64,000 bases of DNA from Bacteroidales bacterium (lineage in GTDB: Bacteria > Bacteroidota > Bacteroidia > Bacteroidales > UBA3824). A program made the position numbers and the translations under genes. Below are positions 1-8,971 of the stretch, piece after piece. Location of the stretch: positions 4,674-68,673 of the forward strand of contig JAFXUC010000089.1 of NCBI GenBank assembly GCA_017535325.1, written 5' to 3'. Under the pieces are notes generated by a model. That model ran no database searches. It had not been told where the DNA came from and saw only the letters and a list, made by a program, of their open reading frames with translations. Each line of letters opens with the position of its first letter. The stretch's first letter is position 1.

Positions 1-348
1 CTCCTTGTTGCCGAGTTCCGTGCTGATTTTCAGACTCTTTTCGTAAAGTTCAAGTGCCTTGTCGAAACTGCCCGCGTTTTTGTAACTTCTGCCCGTATAA
101 CTGCATGCCAAAGCCTGCTGCGCTTTCTGACCCGTCAAAAAGGCAACCGAATCCGCTATGTGTCCGTAAAAAGCGGCAAGCAGAGGGGCAGAGTTTCTGA
201 TTTTCTGACAGATTTTTATGTAAAGCGCGGGTTTTTGCATATCGGGGGCAGTCTCCGCAGCATGTATGAGAGAGTCGGTCTCCGGCGAGGAAGCCCTCAG
301 AGCGAAAACCGTCAAAACCAATAATATCGTTACCGCAAACCGTTTCAT
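1..348 (-). CDS. TPR-repeat protein, 5' part only (gene continues left of the window)
   Basis: Absent from the ORF track because it has no stop inside the window. Hand translation of the reverse strand from ATG 348..346 gives MKRFAVTILLVLTVFALRASSPETDSLIHAAETAPDMQKPALYIKICQKIRNSAPLLAAFYGHIADSVAFLTGQKAQQALACSYTGRSYKNAGSFDKALELYEKSLKISTELGNKE, open through position 1 (116 codons). It has a signal-peptide-like N-terminus and TPR-like helices. It starts 15 nt after the stop of the upstream TPR-phosphatase gene. Confidence 0.6.
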   Translation of the reverse strand, partial: MKRFAVTILLVLTVFALRASSPETDSLIHAAETAPDMQKPALYIKICQKIRNSAPLLAAFYGHIADSVAFLTGQKAQQALACSYTGRSYKNAGSFDKALELYEKSLKISTELGNKE

Positions 349-363
349 CTTTTTTTCTGAAAA

Positions 364-2340
364 TTAATCAATTCCAAACGCAATTACCGTCATGTCGTCT
401 GACTGTTCCGCCTTGCCTGTCCATGAAGAAAACTCGCCGTCAAATTTTTCTGCGGTTTCGCGGACACTTTCTCCGGCGGACTCCGTGAGAAATTCCGCAA
501 ATCTGTGCAATCCGAAAGTTTTGCCTTCGGGATTTTGCAAGTTGTTGACACCGCCGTTTATCATAAACACAGCATCGCCTTTTTGCAGCGGAATTTCTTT
601 TTCTGAAAAAGGCTTTCCGTTTTCTGACGCGCCGATTGGCATGTCGTCGCCTTCGAGCAGGATAATTTCGTTGCCGCGTTTCAAAAACGCCTGCTGATTG
701 GCAGAGGCAAAACTCATAGTTTTGTTTCCGGGGCTTATAACGGCGATTGAAGCGTCCATTCCGTCGACTGAAAGTGCGCCGTCGCCGGTGTTTTCGGCAA
801 TCATCGCCTTGACTTTTTCCCGCATACGGTCAAGGATTTGAGACGGACTTATTCTCTCGCCCGAAACCGCCATCGCGCCGATAATATCCTTGAAAACACT
901 GATTCCCATCATGCTCAAAAGCGAGCCCGGAACTCCGTGTCCAGTACAGTCAGCCTCTATAACTATCTTACAGCCAAGACGTTCCTCTATTCTGTACCAA
1001 TCGCCGGAAATTATTTCTTTCGGACGGTAATAAATTATGCTGTCGGCAAAAAGTTTCGTAAAATATTCGTCAGTGCTGAGAGCCGCCTTCTGAATCCTCC
1101 GCGCATAGTGAATTGACGAAGTGATTTCGGTGTTGATTTTTGCGAGCGCGTTTTTTTGCGAGGCAAGTTCCGAGTTAAGACGTTTGACCTTGCGGTTTTT
1201 GTACGTTATGTGGACAAGCGCGGCAACTGTCAAAACAAGAATTATGACGGCGGCTGTGCTGATACGCTTTGAAAACGCCTTGCGCTCCGAAAGTTGCAAC
1301 ATTTCCGACTCTTTTTTATAAGCGTCCACGCCGTAGCGGAAATTGTCGGTTTTCATCTTGACCCTGCCTTTGAAAATGCTGTCGTTGCAGCCGACCTGCT
1401 CACGGTAACATTCCGCAAGCCTTTTATAATTGTTTTTTGCGCGGTAAACGTCCTCAATAACTCCGTAGGCTGTCATCATCGCGCCTTTTGAACCGAGGTG
1501 CTTGGCGTAACCGAGACTTTGTGAGGCGTAATAAAGCGCGCTGTCGTAGCGTCCGCCGTCAAAATGGTATCTCGCAATGTTGATTGTAAGTTCCTCCAAA
1601 AGGTCATAGTCGTTGAGTGCGTCAACGTTTTTGAGGGTTGAGAGGTAGACGTTGTAAGCGAGTTTTTTGAGACCCGCCTCAGCGTAACAGTCGCCGAGGT
1701 TTTTGCGGACAACGTTGCACTGAGGATTGAGTTTTTTGCATTTGGTTCTGATGTCGAGCGATTTGAGCAAATATTCCTCAGCCTTGTCAAAATCCTTGAC
1801 TCCTAGCCGAGCGCGTCCGAGGTTCAAAAGAACGTATCCGAGAACCGCCGAATCGTTGTCGGCACGGGCAACGGGCAGGGCTTTTTGAAGTTCCAACTCC
1901 GCCTCGGCAAATTTGTTCTGATGGATAAGCAGGTTTCCGAGGTTGACATAACCGTAGCCGATTTGGTCTCTGATGTTGTATTCTATCGCGTGGTCGATTC
2001 CGAGTTGGTAATATTCGCGGGCATCGTCGTAGTTGTCAAGTTTTTTCTGACAGACACCCACAAAACTGTAACCTTTTACGAGTTGCACGTGGTCGCCGAT
2101 GCGCTTTGCGATTTCAATGGCTTTGAGTCCGAATCTGACGGCGATTTCGGGGTTTTTGTTACGAAGCCTCCAACAGATGTCGTTGTTGAGACCGTCGGCA
2201 ACCGAGTCGGGCGCGTTTGCGGCAAGAGCAGCCAAAGAGTCGGCTTTTGCGTCATGAAACTGCGCATAAACCGTCCCGGCGGTCATAAAAAAGATTATAA
2301 CCGCTGAAAACAAGGCTGTTATGTAACGCGAATTTTGCAT
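364..2340 (-). CDS. Membrane-anchored TPR sensor fused to a PP2C/SpoIIE-family serine phosphatase (RsbU/SiaA-like)
   Basis: 658-aa ORF. It has an N-terminal signal/TM segment (ITALFSAVIIFFMTAGTVYA), about 330 aa of TPR-like repeats, a second TM helix (ISTAAVIILVLTVAALVHITY) and a coiled-coil linker. The C-terminal PP2C/SpoIIE domain carries the motifs SGDWY, DCTGHGVPGS, DGMDA and SDDMTVIAF. Confidence 0.85.
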   Translation of the reverse strand: MQNSRYITALFSAVIIFFMTAGTVYAQFHDAKADSLAALAANAPDSVADGLNNDICWRLRNKNPEIAVRFGLKAIEIAKRIGDHVQLVKGYSFVGVCQKKLDNYDDAREYYQLGIDHAIEYNIRDQIGYGYVNLGNLLIHQNKFAEAELELQKALPVARADNDSAVLGYVLLNLGRARLGVKDFDKAEEYLLKSLDIRTKCKKLNPQCNVVRKNLGDCYAEAGLKKLAYNVYLSTLKNVDALNDYDLLEELTINIARYHFDGGRYDSALYYASQSLGYAKHLGSKGAMMTAYGVIEDVYRAKNNYKRLAECYREQVGCNDSIFKGRVKMKTDNFRYGVDAYKKESEMLQLSERKAFSKRISTAAVIILVLTVAALVHITYKNRKVKRLNSELASQKNALAKINTEITSSIHYARRIQKAALSTDEYFTKLFADSIIYYRPKEIISGDWYRIEERLGCKIVIEADCTGHGVPGSLLSMMGISVFKDIIGAMAVSGERISPSQILDRMREKVKAMIAENTGDGALSVDGMDASIAVISPGNKTMSFASANQQAFLKRGNEIILLEGDDMPIGASENGKPFSEKEIPLQKGDAVFMINGGVNNLQNPEGKTFGLHRFAEFLTESAGESVRETAEKFDGEFSSWTGKAEQSDDMTVIAFGID

Positions 2341-2384
2341 ATTTTTATCTACGGCAAAATCAGTGCCGAGTTTTATTTTTTTTG

Positions 2385-3830
2385 TTATCCGACTGCGCCT
2401 TCAAGCGTTATCGAAAGCAGTTTACGCGCCTCAACCGCAAATTCCATCGGAAGTTTGCTCAAAACGTCTTTTGCAAAACCGTTTACAATAAGGCTGACGG
2501 CGTTTTCCGTAGAAATTCCTCTCTGACGGCAATAAAAAAGTTGCTCGTCGGAAATTTTTGAAGTCGTCGCCTCGTGTTCCAAAGTCGCCGTGTTGTTGGC
2601 ACAGTCAACATACGGGAAAGTGTGCGCTCCGCATTTGTCGCCGATTAAAAGGCTGTCGCACTGGGAATAATTGCGGGCGTTTTGTGCGCCTTTTGCAACT
2701 TTCACTAAACCGCGGTAAGAATTTTGACTTTTGCCGAGCGAAATACCTTTGCTGATAATCGTTGATTTTGTATTCCGTCCGATGTGAATCATTTTTGTGC
2801 CGGTGTCTGCCTGCTGATAATTGTTGGTTACCGCAACAGAATAAAATTCCGAAGTCGAATTGTCGCCTTTCAAAACCGTTGACGGATATTTCCACGTAAT
2901 TGCCGAGCCGGTTTCAACCTGTGTCCAGGAGATTTTTGAATTTTCGCCCTTACACATTCCGCGTTTTGTAACGAAATTGTAAATTCCGCCTTTGCCGTCC
3001 TTGTCGCCGGGATACCAGTTTTGAACGGTTGAATATTTTATTTCGGCGTTGTCAAGCGCGATTAACTCCACAACTGCGGCGTGAAGTTGGTTTTCGTCTC
3101 TCATCGGAGCGGTACAGCCTTCCAAATAAGAAACGTAACTGTCTGAATCCGCGATAATTAAAGTGCGTTCAAACTGACCGGTTTTTTCGGCGTTGATTCT
3201 GAAATACGTTGAAAGTTCAACGGGACAGCGCACGCCTTTGGGGATATAAACAAACGAGCCGTCAGTAAAAACCGCCGAGTTCAACGCCGCATAAAAATTA
3301 TCGCCGACCGGAACAACGCTGCCGAGATATTGTTTTATAAGGTCTCTGTGTTCGCGGATTGCCTCGCTTATCGGACAGAAAATTATGCCTTTTTCCGCCA
3401 ACTGTTTTTTCATTGTCGTGTGTACGGATTCCGAATCGAAAACCGCGTCAACCGCCACGCCCGCAAGTTCTTTTTGTTCTGAGAGCGGAATGCCGAGTTT
3501 TTCGTAAGTTTTCAAAAGTTCGGGGTCAACCTCGTCAAGAGAGTTGACTTTCGGACGCTTTTTGGGAGCGGCGTAGTATATTAAATCTTGATAATCAGGC
3601 TCTTGAAAATCAAGATGCGCCCAATGCGGCATTGTCATTGTTTTCCACTTTTCGTAGGCGCGGAGGCGGAAATCAAGCATTTCTTCGGGTTCGTTTCTAA
3701 GAGCGGAAAGTTTTCGGATAACGTCTTCATTAAGACCTTTTTCAAACTTTTCCATTTCGATTTCAGTAACAAATCCCGCGTTGTAACCGCCGTTTTCAAG
3801 TTCGCTGATTATATTTTTTTCGTCTGCCAT
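2385..3830 (-). CDS. sufB: Fe-S cluster assembly scaffold protein SufB
   Basis: 481-aa ORF that matches SufB in length and in full-length sequence character (for example [56 protein letters not shown]). Confidence 0.95.
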   Translation of the reverse strand: MADEKNIISELENGGYNAGFVTEIEMEKFEKGLNEDVIRKLSALRNEPEEMLDFRLRAYEKWKTMTMPHWAHLDFQEPDYQDLIYYAAPKKRPKVNSLDEVDPELLKTYEKLGIPLSEQKELAGVAVDAVFDSESVHTTMKKQLAEKGIIFCPISEAIREHRDLIKQYLGSVVPVGDNFYAALNSAVFTDGSFVYIPKGVRCPVELSTYFRINAEKTGQFERTLIIADSDSYVSYLEGCTAPMRDENQLHAAVVELIALDNAEIKYSTVQNWYPGDKDGKGGIYNFVTKRGMCKGENSKISWTQVETGSAITWKYPSTVLKGDNSTSEFYSVAVTNNYQQADTGTKMIHIGRNTKSTIISKGISLGKSQNSYRGLVKVAKGAQNARNYSQCDSLLIGDKCGAHTFPYVDCANNTATLEHEATTSKISDEQLFYCRQRGISTENAVSLIVNGFAKDVLSKLPMEFAVEARKLLSITLEGAVG

Positions 3831-3852
3831 TTTGATTGTCTGTTTTAAGGCA

Positions 3853-3860
3853 CAAAGTTA
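3853..3860 (-). promoter_or_regulatory. Candidate Bacteroidota -7 promoter box for sufB (TAACTTTG on the minus strand)
   Basis: Exact match to the Bacteroidota -7 consensus TAnnTTTG, 23 nt upstream of the sufB ATG (3830), in the 76-nt gap after recJ. Confidence 0.35.
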
Positions 3861-3906
3861 ATAATTTTTTGCGGATAATCTATAAAAAAACAAGAAAATA
3901 CATTTT

Positions 3907-5625
3907 TTATTCTACGCCTGTTTTTATATCCTTTACAACAAGTTGAACGCTTGAAATACCGTTAAACACGTTTAAATCAAGAGTATAGCATATATCAAAA
4001 GGCTCTTTTGTCCTGATTTTGTCGTAAAAATCCGCCTTGCCGAAAGCGATGCCGATTTTTGTAATTCCCGTCTGGTCTACCACTTCCAAACGCAAATGAC
4101 GTTTGTCAGAACCGACAATTTTTGAACCCATGTCCGTTACGCCGCGCGTACAAAAAACAGGTTCGGGATTGCCGGGTCCAAAAGGCTCAAACTCTTTCAG
4201 ACGGTTGTAAAAATCTTCCGTAACAGATTTAAAATCAAGTTCCTGCTCGATTCTGATTTCGGGATTTTTTTGCGACGGCAAAATATGACTTTTTACATAA
4301 TCCTCAAATTTTTGCGCAAAAGGCTCAAAATTTTCAAACTTCAAATTAAGCCCCGCCGCAAACTTGTGACCGCCGAAAGCCGTCAGAAATTCACGGCAAC
4401 TGTCAACAGCCTCATACAAATTGAAATCCGAAACCGAACGCGCCGAACCCGTCAGGGTTTCACCGATTTTCGTAAAAACTATCGTCGGACGGAAATACGT
4501 CTCCGTAAGCCGCGAGGCAACTATTCCGACAACGCCTTTGTGCCAGTTTTCACCGTAAACCACTGTCGTAGAATTGTTTTCTGTGCCTTCGAGTTTTTGC
4601 AGAGCCTCAGCCGTAATGCTCCGGTCAAGGTCTTTGCGCGTGCGGTTGTAGTCAGAAATCTCTTTTGCAAACTTTTCCGCCTCGGTCTCGTCCTGAGTCG
4701 TCAGAAGCCTTACAGCATCGCGTCCGAGGTGTATGCGTCCGGCGGCGTTGATTCGCGGTCCTATCATAAAAACAGAGTCGGTCATCGTAATGTTTTTGCC
4801 GTCAAGTTTCGCCTCTTTTTTCAGAGCCTTGAAACAGGTCAGAGGGTTTTCGTTGAGTTTTTTCAGCCCGTAATATGCTAAAATGCGGTTTTCGTCAACT
4901 ATCGGAACAATGTCGGAGCCTATGCTGACGGCAGTTAAGTCAACGTATTTCAAAAGGTTTTCAAGCGGAATTTTGCGCCTGATGCACAAAGCCTGCATAA
5001 ACTTAAAACCGACGCCGCAGCCCGAAAGTTCGTCAAAAGGGTAAGTGTTGTCGGAGCGTTTTGCGTCCAAAACGGCAACCGCTTTGGGCAGTTCAAGCCC
5101 CGGAGTGTGATGGTCGCAGACGATGAAGTCTATACCTTTGTAATTGGCGTATTCTATCCGCGCATTGTCTTTTATACCGCAGTCAAGGGCGATTATAAGC
5201 GTGCAGTTGTTTTCCGCAGCAAAGTCAACACCCTTGAAACTTACGCCGTAACCTTCTGTATATCTGTCAGGTATGTAATAGAGAATATTTAAAGGATAAA
5301 ACTCTTTCAAAAACGAATACACTAAGGCGACGGCTGTTGTACCGTCAACGTCATAATCGCCGTAAACGAGGATTTTTTCGTTGTTTTCAAACGCTTTTTC
5401 CAAACGGTCAACGGCTTTTTTCATGTCGTTGAAAAGGAAAGGGTCGTGAAGGTTTTCAAGTTTCGGGCGTAAAAAATTCCGCGCTTTTTCTGTTGAAAGT
5501 CCTGTTCTGACAGCCAAGAGCCGTGTCAGATGAATATCTTTGAAGTAACCGTTCAGACTTTGGTGAAATTCGAGAATATCACTTTCTGAAAAGTCCGTAT
5601 TTTGTATTATCCAGTTTTTTAGCAT
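3907..5625 (-). CDS. recJ: Single-stranded-DNA-specific exonuclease RecJ (DHH/DHHA1 family)
   Basis: Carries the DHH-family motifs VYGDYDVDGTTA, LDCGIKD, VCDHH and GGHKFAAG. The track ORF starts at 5691, but that start overlaps the upstream gene by 46 nt. I place the start at the in-frame ATG 5625 (MLKNWIIQNT...), 20 nt after the upstream stop. Confidence 0.9.
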   Translation of the reverse strand: MLKNWIIQNTDFSESDILEFHQSLNGYFKDIHLTRLLAVRTGLSTEKARNFLRPKLENLHDPFLFNDMKKAVDRLEKAFENNEKILVYGDYDVDGTTAVALVYSFLKEFYPLNILYYIPDRYTEGYGVSFKGVDFAAENNCTLIIALDCGIKDNARIEYANYKGIDFIVCDHHTPGLELPKAVAVLDAKRSDNTYPFDELSGCGVGFKFMQALCIRRKIPLENLLKYVDLTAVSIGSDIVPIVDENRILAYYGLKKLNENPLTCFKALKKEAKLDGKNITMTDSVFMIGPRINAAGRIHLGRDAVRLLTTQDETEAEKFAKEISDYNRTRKDLDRSITAEALQKLEGTENNSTTVVYGENWHKGVVGIVASRLTETYFRPTIVFTKIGETLTGSARSVSDFNLYEAVDSCREFLTAFGGHKFAAGLNLKFENFEPFAQKFEDYVKSHILPSQKNPEIRIEQELDFKSVTEDFYNRLKEFEPFGPGNPEPVFCTRGVTDMGSKIVGSDKRHLRLEVVDQTGITKIGIAFGKADFYDKIRTKEPFDICYTLDLNVFNGISSVQLVVKDIKTGVE

Positions 5626-5645
5626 TTTAATTCTGACTTTAAGTT

Positions 5646-6935
5646 TTATATTACCGCAGAGACTGCGTACAGCGGATAATTTGTTACCCACGATTGTTCT
5701 TTGTACGGAGCCATGGAAAAGCGGATTCCGTGAAGTTCAGGATTTTTTTCGACAAAAGAACGCAGACTTTTTGCTTGAAGGTTTTCCTCCGCCTTGACTT
5801 CGACAGGCAGAATTTTTCCGCCGTTCTGAACTAAAAAATCTATCTCGCCCTGCGAATTGTCAGCAGACCAATAATAGATGAGATTTTCTCTGTTGAGCCG
5901 CAACTGTTGCTGCACATATTGTTCTGTAAGTGCGCCCTTGTAATCCGTAAAGACGGCGTTGCCGTTGACAAGAGCCTGCGGCGGCATACCGCTCATAGCG
6001 CAAAGAAGTCCGATGTCAAGCATAAAAAGTTTGAACGCCGCAAAATCTTCGTATGCTGACAGAGGGAGCAATCCTTTTTTTGTCCGGCTGACCCTGTAAA
6101 CAAGACCGGCATCGCGCAGCCATTCAATCGCAAGTTCAAAATTCTTTGCTCTTGCCCCTTCTTTCAAAAAGCCGTAAATAAATTTCTTGTTCTCCTTTGA
6201 AAGTTGTCCGCTGATACTCCGCCAGACCATACGCAGACGGGGTACTTCGTCCAAAGGCGCGTGTTTTGAAAAATCTCTGTCGTATGCATCTAAAATATTG
6301 TGCTGCAATTCCCTTACCAAACCAACGTCATGAGTTTCTGTGAAATTCTTGACAACCTCAGGCATTCCTCCGACAAAAAAATACTGTTTGAGAAGATCCT
6401 GCAACTGACCTTCAAACGGAGCGAGATTTTCCCACCGCTGCTCTTTTACGGCCGCAACAAACTGTTCCTTTCCGGCGGCTTCGAGAAACTCCAAAAAACT
6501 CAACGGATAAAGCGACACAAAATCAACTTTTCCGACCGGGAAACTGTCATTTTGATGTGTTGCTATTCCAAGCAGAGACCCAGCCGCAATAACAGGCAGT
6601 TCGGGAGACTGTTCATAAAAATATTTCAAAGCGGTAACTCCGCGCTTGGCTTCCTGAATCTCATCAAAAATCAAAAGCGTGTCCTTGTCGGGCATAATGC
6701 CGGAATACAATTGAATTTCAAATTTAATACGCTGAATATCAAAGTCTTTTATAAAAAGGCCGCTCAATTGAGCATTATTTTCAAAATTTATGTAAATGCT
6801 TTTTTGAAACGCTTCTTTGGCAAATTGCTGCATAAGCCAAGTTTTGCCAACCTGACGCGCCCCTTGCAAAATCAGTGGTTTTCTGTTCTTTTTATCTTTC
6901 CAAAGATAAAGTTCCTTTATGGCATATCTGTTCAT
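5646..6935 (-). CDS. AAA-family ATPase of the AAA_14/DUF4143 type
   Basis: 429-aa ORF with Walker A LILQGARQVGKTWL and Walker B DTLLIFDEIQEA. The C-terminal half is typical of DUF4143-containing ATP-binding proteins, which are common in Bacteroidales. Confidence 0.8.
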   Translation of the reverse strand: MNRYAIKELYLWKDKKNRKPLILQGARQVGKTWLMQQFAKEAFQKSIYINFENNAQLSGLFIKDFDIQRIKFEIQLYSGIMPDKDTLLIFDEIQEAKRGVTALKYFYEQSPELPVIAAGSLLGIATHQNDSFPVGKVDFVSLYPLSFLEFLEAAGKEQFVAAVKEQRWENLAPFEGQLQDLLKQYFFVGGMPEVVKNFTETHDVGLVRELQHNILDAYDRDFSKHAPLDEVPRLRMVWRSISGQLSKENKKFIYGFLKEGARAKNFELAIEWLRDAGLVYRVSRTKKGLLPLSAYEDFAAFKLFMLDIGLLCAMSGMPPQALVNGNAVFTDYKGALTEQYVQQQLRLNRENLIYYWSADNSQGEIDFLVQNGGKILPVEVKAEENLQAKSLRSFVEKNPELHGIRFSMAPYKEQSWVTNYPLYAVSAVI

Positions 6936-6955
6936 TTGTTCCGTTTTTTTCTGTG

Positions 6956-6963
6956 CAAATATA
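6956..6963 (-). promoter_or_regulatory. Candidate -7 promoter box for the AAA ATPase-recJ unit (TATATTTG on the minus strand)
   Basis: Exact TAnnTTTG match 21 nt upstream of ATG 6935. Confidence 0.35.
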
Positions 6964-6982
6964 GGTATTTTTTATAAAAAAA

Positions 6983-7081
6983 CAAAAAGTGCAACTAAAA
7001 AGTGTATCAAAACATCAAAAAGTGCGACTAAAAAGTGTATTCAAGCAACAAAAAGTGCGACTAAAAAATGTAAATACCCCT
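6983..7081. repeat. Three tandem 33-bp direct repeats (CAAAAAGTGCRACTAAAAAGTGTAT core) in a divergent intergenic region
   Basis: R1 is 6983-7015, R2 is 7016-7048 and R3 is 7049-7081. R1 and R2 agree at 25 of their first 26 nt, and R3 agrees with R2 over its first 19 nt. Each unit holds two AAAAAGTG octamers (the last is AAAAAATG), so six octamers alternate at 13- and 20-nt spacing. Confidence 0.85.
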
Positions 7082-7187
7082 GCACAGTGTAATGTACGGG
7101 GGGGTAACAAAATATTGTAAACCGTTGCAAACTTTTTTTTTGAAAAAACAAAATAAAAACAGATTTTTTTATACGGTATTTTTTCAA

Positions 7188-7195
7188 TATATTTG
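7188..7195 (+). promoter_or_regulatory. Candidate -7 promoter box for the tatD-family/ribD unit (TATATTTG)
   Basis: Exact TAnnTTTG match ending 13 nt before ATG 7209. Confidence 0.35.
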
Positions 7196-7208
7196 CGAAA
7201 AAATACAA

Positions 7209-7991
7209 ATGTACCTTTTTGACACACATACTCATTTTTTTGACGAGGCATTCAACGAAGACCGCGACGAGGCTGTTTTAAGAGCGGTTTTGTCAGGCGT
7301 AGAAAAAATGGTTTTGCCGTGCTGCTCAGAAAAATCACTGAGCGGAATCGAAGAATTGTGCAAAAAATTTCCAGAAAACTGTTTCCCGACTCTCGGACTT
7401 CACCCCGAAGATATTGACATAAAAAACGTTGACAATCAGTTGAAAGAAATTTTTGATTTCAAGTTTTCCAAACCGGCAGTTGCCGTCGGCGAAATCGGAA
7501 TTGATTTGCATTACATGAAAGACACTTTTGAAATTCAGAAGAAAGTCTTTGAGTATCAACTAAATATTGCCGTTAAAAGAAACCTTCCCGTCATAATTCA
7601 CTGCCGTGAAGCATATAAAGAAATTTTTGAAATTTTGGACGGTTATAAAGACAGCGTAAAAGGGATTTTTCACTGTTTTTCGTCGGATAAAAAAGATGCC
7701 GAAAAAATTCTCAACGATTTCAAAAACTTTTATTTCGGAATCGGCGGTGTGGTAACGTTCAAAAATTCAGGCAAAGAACTTGCCGAAACCGTCCGGGATT
7801 TTCTGCCGCTGGAAAAGATTGTCTTGGAGACAGATTCGCCGTATCTCGCCCCCGTCCCAAACCGCGGAAAAAGAAACGAAAGCAGTTTTGTAAGGTTTGT
7901 CGCGGAGAAAATCGCCGAACTTAAAAATATTGACATTCAAACGGTTATAGAAACCACAACGTTAAACGCCGAAAATATTTTCAAAATATGA
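7209..7991 (+). CDS. TatD-family metal-dependent hydrolase
   Basis: The track ORF starts at 7092, but its first 39 codons run through the AT-rich promoter region. The conserved TatD N-terminus MYLFDTHTHF begins at ATG 7209. Further family motifs are GEIGIDLHY, IIHCREA, GIFHCFS and LETDSPYLAP. Confidence 0.88.
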   Translation: MYLFDTHTHFFDEAFNEDRDEAVLRAVLSGVEKMVLPCCSEKSLSGIEELCKKFPENCFPTLGLHPEDIDIKNVDNQLKEIFDFKFSKPAVAVGEIGIDLHYMKDTFEIQKKVFEYQLNIAVKRNLPVIIHCREAYKEIFEILDGYKDSVKGIFHCFSSDKKDAEKILNDFKNFYFGIGGVVTFKNSGKELAETVRDFLPLEKIVLETDSPYLAPVPNRGKRNESSFVRFVAEKIAELKNIDIQTVIETTTLNAENIFKI

Positions 7992-8971
7992 TTACAAAAG
8001 AAAACGAAAAATTTATGCGCCGCTGCATCCAACTCGCAAAACTCGGCGCGGGCAGTGTCAGCACCAATCCGATGGTAGGAGCGGTTGTTGTTTATAACGG
8101 CAACATCATCGGCGAGGGTTTTCATAAAAGATTCGGTCAGGCGCATGCCGAGGTAAACGCCATCAACTCGGTAAAAAATCCGGGACAGCTTTCTAAATCA
8201 GAGATTTACGTCAGCCTTGAACCCTGCGCACATTTCGGGAAAACGCCGCCCTGCGCAGACCTCATTATCGAAAAAGGCATCAGAAAAGTTTATGTCGGCT
8301 GTCTTGACCCGTTTTCAAAAGTGGACGGAAAAGGCATTCTGAAACTTAGAAACGCGGGCATAGAAGTCGTAACCGGCGTTCTCGAAAAAGAATGTCAGGA
8401 ACTTAACCGCAGATTTTTTACTTTTGTGAATTTAAAACGTCCGTACATAATTCTCAAATGGGCGCAAAGTCTTGACGGATACTTGGATAAGGATTTTCGA
8501 CCGGTAAAAATTTCCAATCCTCTGACAAACATTCTCAGCCACAAATGGCGCAGCGAAGAAGACGCTATTTTGGTCGGCACAACCACCGCCGAAAGGGACA
8601 ATCCGCACCTCGACAACAGACTTTGGAGCGGAAAAAATCCCGTCAGAATAATTCTTGACAAGGAAAACGCACTTGATAAAAAGTTGAATATTTTTGATAA
8701 CTCGCAGCCGACTATAATTGTAAAGGAATTTGACGTTAATGAAATTCTTAACAAACTGTATCACAATAATATACAAAGCGTAATCGTGGAAGGCGGCGCA
8801 AAAACGCACAATCTTTTTCTCGAAAGCGGACTTTGGGACGAAATACGGATTTTTCAGTCTGACGAGATGCTGCACTGCGGCACAAAAGCCGCTAAAATCC
8901 AGGGAAGTTTAGTTGAAAATACAAATATAGGAAATAATAAGTTGTTGATTTTTAGAAATATTATTTCTTGA
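7988..8971 (+). CDS. ribD: Bifunctional riboflavin biosynthesis protein RibD (pyrimidine deaminase / uracil reductase)
   Basis: Has the deaminase zinc motifs HAEVNA and EPCAHFGKTPPC, followed by a reductase half (ILKWAQSLDG, VIVEGGAKT). Its start overlaps the upstream stop as ATGA (7988-7991). Confidence 0.92.
   Translation: MITKENEKFMRRCIQLAKLGAGSVSTNPMVGAVVVYNGNIIGEGFHKRFGQAHAEVNAINSVKNPGQLSKSEIYVSLEPCAHFGKTPPCADLIIEKGIRKVYVGCLDPFSKVDGKGILKLRNAGIEVVTGVLEKECQELNRRFFTFVNLKRPYIILKWAQSLDGYLDKDFRPVKISNPLTNILSHKWRSEEDAILVGTTTAERDNPHLDNRLWSGKNPVRIILDKENALDKKLNIFDNSQPTIIVKEFDVNEILNKLYHNNIQSVIVEGGAKTHNLFLESGLWDEIRIFQSDEMLHCGTKAAKIQGSLVENTNIGNNKLLIFRNIIS

Noticed and set aside
2352-2368. Hairpin CGGCA-AAATCAG-TGCCG between sufB and the TPR-PP2C gene as a sufB terminator.
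   Set aside because: The stem is only 5 bp, and the T-run lies on the plus-strand side, which is the wrong orientation for the minus-strand sufB transcript.
5626-5691. The longer RecJ start given in the track (MGNKLSAVRSLCGNIKLKVRIK...).
   Set aside because: The extension overlaps the 3' end of the upstream ATPase gene by 46 nt and adds a non-conserved basic peptide. The ATG at 5625 gives a normal RecJ N-terminus 20 nt after the upstream stop.
7077-7104. C4...G7 inverted element and a G7 homopolymer (7098-7104) as a terminator or phase-variation tract.
   Set aside because: Only four C-G pairs can form and the flanks do not pair. The G7 run is about 85 nt upstream of the tatD -7 box, with no coding or spacer role that I can support.
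7092-7208. The longer TatD-family start given in the track (MYGGVTKYCKPLQTFFLKKQNKNRFF...).
   Set aside because: The extension reads through the AT-rich intergenic region and over the TATATTTG box. The conserved TatD N-terminus MYLFDTHTH starts at 7209.
6936-7208. An FMN (RFN) riboswitch upstream of the ribD-containing unit.
   Set aside because: The region is AT-rich repeat DNA without the conserved GC-rich RFN core. In addition, ribD is translationally coupled to the TatD-family gene rather than preceded by a leader.
7015-7251. Small minus-strand ORFs (78 aa and 64 aa) in the ATPase/tatD intergenic region.
   Set aside because: They translate the 33-bp direct repeats and poly-A/T runs (repeated FFSRTF-type peptide) and have no promoter or start context.
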